Assembly: GCA_963762565.1 (NCBI GenBank)
Contig: CAVXLD010000010.1
Coordinates: 1 to 64,000, forward strand
Length of the DNA stretch: 64,000 bases
From: an uncultured Verrucomicrobiae bacterium
GTDB taxonomy: Bacteria > Verrucomicrobiota > Verrucomicrobiia > Chthoniobacterales > JAFAMB01
Direction: 5' to 3'
A program made the translations under genes and the position numbers. The first letter of the stretch is position 1. Every line of letters begins with the position of its first letter. The notes under the pieces are model-generated. The model did no database searches, was not told the DNA's origin, and saw only the letters and a list, made by a program, of their open reading frames with translations. Positions 59,360-64,000 of this stretch are shown in pieces.

Positions 59360-62300
59360 ATGGCTGACTCGTTTGTTCATCTCCATCTGCACACTGAATA
59401 CTCTCTCCTAGACGGCGCGATACGGATCCCGGAGCTCATGAAAAAGTCGATCGAGTACGGGATGCCGGCGGTCGCCATTAGCGACCACGGCAACATGCAT
59501 GGGGTGATCGAGTTTTATCAGGCTGCGCAGAAGGCCGGAATTAAGCCGATTGTCGGTTGCGAAGTTTATATGGCGCCAGGCAAGAGGGAAGATCGAAGCG
59601 CCAACTCCGCCAGAGATGCTTCGTTCCATTTCAATTTGTTAGCAAAGGATTTCACCGGCTATAGCAACTTGCTGAAGCTCGTCTCGGAGGCGTACCTGAC
59701 CGGGTTCCATTACAAGCCGAGAATTGATAAGGAGTTACTGGCTGCCCACAGCAAAGGGTTGATCGGTCTGAGTTCTTGTCTCAAAGGAGAAATTAGTGTC
59801 GCCATTCAAAACGGCGATCTGAAGAAGGCCGAAGAAACGGCGGGCATCTTCCGGGATATTTTCGGTCCAGGTAATTTCTTCCTGGAGATGCAAGACCACG
59901 GGTTGGAGCAACAACACTTGGTCAACAGTCAACTGAAGAAGATGGCGGCCAAGCTGGACCTACCGTTGGTGGCAACCAACGACGCCCATTTTCTCGAACG
60001 ATCCCATCACGAGGCCCACGATGTGATGATCTGTATCGGCACCGGCGCGATGGTCCACGACGAGCGCCGGATGCGGTATCCGACGGAAGTTTATTTCAAG
60101 TCGCCAACAGAAATGGCGGCCTTATTCGGAGATTGTCCAGAGGCGCTGACCAATACCCTCAGGATCGCAGAAATGTGCGATTTAAAGCTGGAGTTCGGTG
60201 TTTCAAAATATCCGGCTTATGAACCGCCAATCGGTAAAACCAGAGAAAGTTATCTCCGGGAGCTTTGTTACGACGGGTTAGGCCGGCGATTCGGAGAGCG
60301 CGCCGAGACGGACAAAGAGCTGCGCAATCGCTTGGATTACGAGCTTTCGGTGATCGAAAAGACCGGGTTTACCAGCTATTTCTTGATCGTCTGGGATTTT
60401 ATTCATTTTGCGAAGTCGCACGGGATTCCCGTCGGCCCCGGGCGTGGTTCGGCGGCTGGTTCGTTGATCGCCTACGCGCTCGCTATTACCGACCTTGACC
60501 CCCTCCGGTTTGGTTTGATTTTCGAGCGGTTTTTGAATCCGGAGCGGGTCAGTCCCCCGGATATTGACGTTGATTTTTGCCAGAACCGGCGAGGTGAAGT
60601 TATCGAGTACGTGCGCCAGAAATACGGAGACCGCGCGGTCTCGCAAATCATCACGTTTGGAACGTTGGGCGCAAAAAGCGTGGTTCGCGATGTTGGCCGG
60701 GTTCTCGGGCTGAGTTATTCAGATGCTGATCGGATCGCTAAAATGATCCCGAACGAGCTGGGTATCACCCTCTCGTCCGCTTACGAGAAAAATCCAGAAC
60801 TCAAACAAGCAGTCGACACCGAAGAATCGACCCAGCAGTTATGGGGCTTGGCGACTCTACTGGAAGGGTTAACCCGAAATACCGGGATTCATGCCGCCGG
60901 CGTTGTCATCGGTGACAAGCCGCTCGATGAATACATTCCGCTGTGCCGTGGAAACGACGACGAGGTGGTGACCCAATACGCCATGGGTCCCCTCACCGAC
61001 CTGGGAATGCTTAAAATGGATTTCCTCGGGTTGAAAACGCTCACCGTCCTCGACGATGCCGCGGCCTTGATCCGTCAAAGTGACGCGCAGTTCTCACTGG
61101 AAAATATTTCGTTAGAAGATCGATCTACGTTTGATCTGTTGAACCGGGGAGAAACGATTGGGGTCTTCCAGTTGGAATCTGGCGGGATGACCAACCTGTG
61201 TAAGCAGTTCGATGTCAATGCCATCGGCGATATCATTGCGTTGATCGCGCTTTATCGGCCCGGGCCGATGGAGCTCATCCCGGACTATATCAAGCGGAAA
61301 AAAGGATTAACCAAGATCAAGTACGAACATCCGCTTCTAAAAGAGGTCTGTGCGGACACATACGGGGTCATGATTTATCAGGAACAGGTGCAACGAGCGG
61401 CCAATGTGCTCGCTGGATACACACTGGGCCAGGCAGATCTCCTCCGGCGCGCAATGGGCAAAAAGGACAAGGAGAAGATGGCAAAGGAGCGAGGCAATTT
61501 CATCGCCGGATGCAAACGGGTAAATGACATCGATGAGAAGAAGGCGAACTCGATCTTCGATCTATTGGAAAAGTTCGCCGGGTACGGCTTTAACAAGAGC
61601 CATAGCGCCGCCTACGGATTGATCAGTTACCAAACCGCTTATCTGAAGGCGAATTATCCAGTTGAGTTCATGGCTGGGTTACTAAGCAATGAAGTGAACA
61701 ACACCGACAAGATTTCGGTGTTCGTTGCCGAATGCCAACGCATGGGAATGGCGATCTTGCCGCCAGATATCAATCGGAGCAGCCTTAAGTTTGTCCCGGA
61801 AACGACTGAACGCGGACACGGGATCCGTTATGGGTTAGCCGCTATTAAGAATATCGGCGAAGCCTCGATGGTTGCAGCGATCAAGGAACGAGAGAAAGCC
61901 GGTCCGTTTAAATCGTTGGATGATTATTGTGGCCGCCTGGATTCACGCTCGGTTAATCGGAAAAGCTTGGAAAGCTTGATCAGGGCCGGAGCATTTGATT
62001 TCACGGGTCAGGATCGGGCGCAACTATTTCCTCAGATTGATCAGGCGCTGGCTGCTGGCGCCGCCCTCCAAAGAGACCGTATGACCGGCCAAGTTTCGCT
62101 TTTTGGCGACCTTGAGCTCGCCCCGGCGGCCAAACGAAACGGGCGCACGACCGAATTCGCACCCTGGAGCCTGAGCGAGAAGCTCGCCTTTGAAAAGGAG
62201 TTGCTTGGGTTTTATGTCACGGGCCATCCCTTGGATGCTTACCGCGACCTGCTAGAAGGCGGCAAATACACCGCGATTACCGACCTGGGGAATCGAGAAG

Positions 62301-62779
62301 ACCGGGAACAGGTCAAGGTCGCCGGTTCAATCTCCAGTTTGGAAAAGAAATTTACTCGTAAAGATGGCAAACCGTTCGCCGTGATGTCGCTCGAGGATTT
62401 TACCGGCACCATCGAAGTGTTGGTCTGGGCGGACATATACGCCAGGTTCGGGAAAGAGCTCGAAGCAGGTAAGATCGTTGCGGTTTCCGCCAAGTTGGAA
62501 CGGCGCGACGAAACCGTCCGTTTGATCGCTTCGGAGATCGGCTCAGTCGCAAAAGGCAAAAAAGCTGGAGCGCTTACTATTGATATTTCCCTCGAGCGAA
62601 CCAATGAAGATAAGTTGTTAGCTTTACGGGAGTTAGTTATGAAGCATCCTGGACCGCAACCTCTATTTTTGCGCTTTCGAGGCCCCGAGGGCCAAGAATT
62701 GAGGGTGAAAACGAACACGGGCTATTCGGTCCGGGATGACGAGTCATTTAGGGAAGAGCTGGCGCAGCTATTGGGGTGA
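59360..62779 (+). CDS. dnaE: DNA polymerase III alpha subunit
   Basis: FVHLHLHTEYSLLDG (PHP), GPGRGSAAGS, PPDIDVDF, KMDFLGL and FAGYGFNKSH. Confidence 0.98.
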   Translation: MADSFVHLHLHTEYSLLDGAIRIPELMKKSIEYGMPAVAISDHGNMHGVIEFYQAAQKAGIKPIVGCEVYMAPGKREDRSANSARDASFHFNLLAKDFTGYSNLLKLVSEAYLTGFHYKPRIDKELLAAHSKGLIGLSSCLKGEISVAIQNGDLKKAEETAGIFRDIFGPGNFFLEMQDHGLEQQHLVNSQLKKMAAKLDLPLVATNDAHFLERSHHEAHDVMICIGTGAMVHDERRMRYPTEVYFKSPTEMAALFGDCPEALTNTLRIAEMCDLKLEFGVSKYPAYEPPIGKTRESYLRELCYDGLGRRFGERAETDKELRNRLDYELSVIEKTGFTSYFLIVWDFIHFAKSHGIPVGPGRGSAAGSLIAYALAITDLDPLRFGLIFERFLNPERVSPPDIDVDFCQNRRGEVIEYVRQKYGDRAVSQIITFGTLGAKSVVRDVGRVLGLSYSDADRIAKMIPNELGITLSSAYEKNPELKQAVDTEESTQQLWGLATLLEGLTRNTGIHAAGVVIGDKPLDEYIPLCRGNDDEVVTQYAMGPLTDLGMLKMDFLGLKTLTVLDDAAALIRQSDAQFSLENISLEDRSTFDLLNRGETIGVFQLESGGMTNLCKQFDVNAIGDIIALIALYRPGPMELIPDYIKRKKGLTKIKYEHPLLKEVCADTYGVMIYQEQVQRAANVLAGYTLGQADLLRRAMGKKDKEKMAKERGNFIAGCKRVNDIDEKKANSIFDLLEKFAGYGFNKSHSAAYGLISYQTAYLKANYPVEFMAGLLSNEVNNTDKISVFVAECQRMGMAILPPDINRSSLKFVPETTERGHGIRYGLAAIKNIGEASMVAAIKEREKAGPFKSLDDYCGRLDSRSVNRKSLESLIRAGAFDFTGQDRAQLFPQIDQALAAGAALQRDRMTGQVSLFGDLELAPAAKRNGRTTEFAPWSLSEKLAFEKELLGFYVTGHPLDAYRDLLEGGKYTAITDLGNREDREQVKVAGSISSLEKKFTRKDGKPFAVMSLEDFTGTIEVLVWADIYARFGKELEAGKIVAVSAKLERRDETVRLIASEIGSVAKGKKAGALTIDISLERTNEDKLLALRELVMKHPGPQPLFLRFRGPEGQELRVKTNTGYSVRDDESFREELAQLLG

Positions 62780-62850
62780 GGCGCGCTCCACGGTTCGCTC
62801 TTGCAAATGACGGTTTTCCCACTACTGTCAACATTCCCGTCGCCTGGACT

Positions 62851-63810
62851 ATGACGCCTTTTAACCGCGAAGTGAAGATTTTCTCTGGCTCGGCTCATCC
62901 GGAGCTCGCCCAGAAAATCGCGAAATCTATGGGTGCACCCCTCGGGGATGCCACGGTCAGCTCGTTTCCGGACGGGGAGAGCCGGGTAAAAATCAACGAG
63001 AATATTCGGGGTAGAGACGTCTTTATTGTTCAGCCGACTTGCCCCCCGACTAATCAAAATCTGATGGAGCTGCTCATCCTGATTGATGCGGCTCGCCGGG
63101 CCAGCGCTTACCGTATTACGGCGGTTATGCCGTACTTCGGTTACGCTCGTCAGGACCGGAAAGATCAACCCCGGGTTCCTATTACGGCGAAACTGGTAGC
63201 TAACCTGCTAGTGGCTGCCGGCGCTCACCGGGTGTTGACGCTCGATCTGCACGCCCAACAGATCCAAGGCTTTTTCGATATTCCGGTTGACCATTTATAC
63301 GCGGCGCCGGTCCTGATCCGGTACATCCTGCAAAAGAAGCTAGCTAACCTGGTGATTGTGTCTCCGGACGTTGGCGGTCTAAAGCTAGCTTCGGCCTACG
63401 CAGAGGCGTTGGGAGCCACGCTCGCCATTGTCGGCAAAAGACGCAAGAGCCCGACAGAGACTGAGGCGCTTCACGTGATTGGGGATGTAGAAGGCAAGAA
63501 TGTTTTAATGGTAGACGACTTGACCGAGACGGCAGGGACCTTGACCAGTGCGGCAGCCGCTCTCAAGAAACATGGGGCTCAAGATATTTATGCCGGGGTT
63601 TCGCATGCGGTCTTTACCGACATCGCCCATGAACGCCTCCGGAAATCCACAATTTTGGAACTGATCACGACCGATAGCACCCCAGTTCGGCTGCACCCGG
63701 ACAGCAAGATCACAGTGTTATCGATCGCAGAGCTACTGGGACAAGGTATCCAGCGAATTTATTCTAATGAGTCGGTGAGTTCACTCTTCGACGTCCAGAC
63801 GGAACAGTGA
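62851..63810 (+). CDS. prs: ribose-phosphate pyrophosphokinase
   Basis: FPDGE, PYFGYARQDRK, DLHAQQIQGFF, SPDVGG and VDDLTETAGT. Confidence 0.97.
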   Translation: MTPFNREVKIFSGSAHPELAQKIAKSMGAPLGDATVSSFPDGESRVKINENIRGRDVFIVQPTCPPTNQNLMELLILIDAARRASAYRITAVMPYFGYARQDRKDQPRVPITAKLVANLLVAAGAHRVLTLDLHAQQIQGFFDIPVDHLYAAPVLIRYILQKKLANLVIVSPDVGGLKLASAYAEALGATLAIVGKRRKSPTETEALHVIGDVEGKNVLMVDDLTETAGTLTSAAAALKKHGAQDIYAGVSHAVFTDIAHERLRKSTILELITTDSTPVRLHPDSKITVLSIAELLGQGIQRIYSNESVSSLFDVQTEQ

Positions 63811-63820
63811 GGTTACATCT

Positions 63821-64000
63821 ATGGCGCAACAAGCTAAATTGACGGTGCAAACGCGGGCAGTAATAGGCCGCAATGCGATAAAGAAGGTTCGAAAGCAAGG
63901 CCTGATTCCCGGCGTTATTTACGGAGTGGGACAAGAGCCGATCAATCTCGAGGTTAACAGTCGTCAGCTGTCCACGGTGCTGGCACGTTCTTCAAGCGAG
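63821..64000 (+). CDS. rplY: 50S ribosomal protein L25/Ctc (5' part, runs off the window)
   Basis: MAQQAKLTVQTRAVIGRNAIKKVRKQGLIPGVIYG; follows prs, a conserved gene order. Confidence 0.9.
   Translation, partial: MAQQAKLTVQTRAVIGRNAIKKVRKQGLIPGVIYGVGQEPINLEVNSRQLSTVLARSSSE

Noticed and set aside
59360..62779. Intein or split in dnaE
   Set aside because: The length is normal and the motifs are continuous, with no intein signatures.

Overview
GC-rich bacterial chromosome segment, probably Verrucomicrobiota (Chthoniobacterales/Spartobacteria-like). This is inferred from the doubled four-ABC-domain UvrA and the style of the intergenic repeats. From left to right: (1) 0-11 kb, an accessory/defence island with a frameshift-riddled type I-G (I-U) CRISPR interference operon (cas3-csx17-csb1-csb2, minus strand). 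It has no cas4/1, cas2 or array in the window and is flanked by TA genes (HicB, VapBC, DUF433). (2) 11-39 kb, core/semi-core genes: double-length uvrA, a REP-associated tyrosine transposase (RAYT), GT9, FHA-ABC transporter, FHA-cyclase, SAM-I riboswitch-thrC-like-MoaD/CysO-like, three two-domain retropepsins, PBP1A, MidA-like, yebC and PAS-GAF, interspersed with several REP families. (3) 39.0-58.4 kb, a ~19.3 kb element integrated at tRNA-Leu(TAG) with 49-bp att repeats. It carries a tyrosine integrase, a TIGR04255-like three-gene cassette, an IS21, Nu1/TerS-like HTH proteins and an HTH-fused TopoVI-A/TOPRIM protein, and looks like a phage satellite. (4) dnaE-prs-rplY. The most unusual signal is a RAYT-associated family of 94-96 bp 'split REP' units. 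Their conserved ends enclose a 63-65 nt core that differs in every copy, apart from short motifs at fixed positions.
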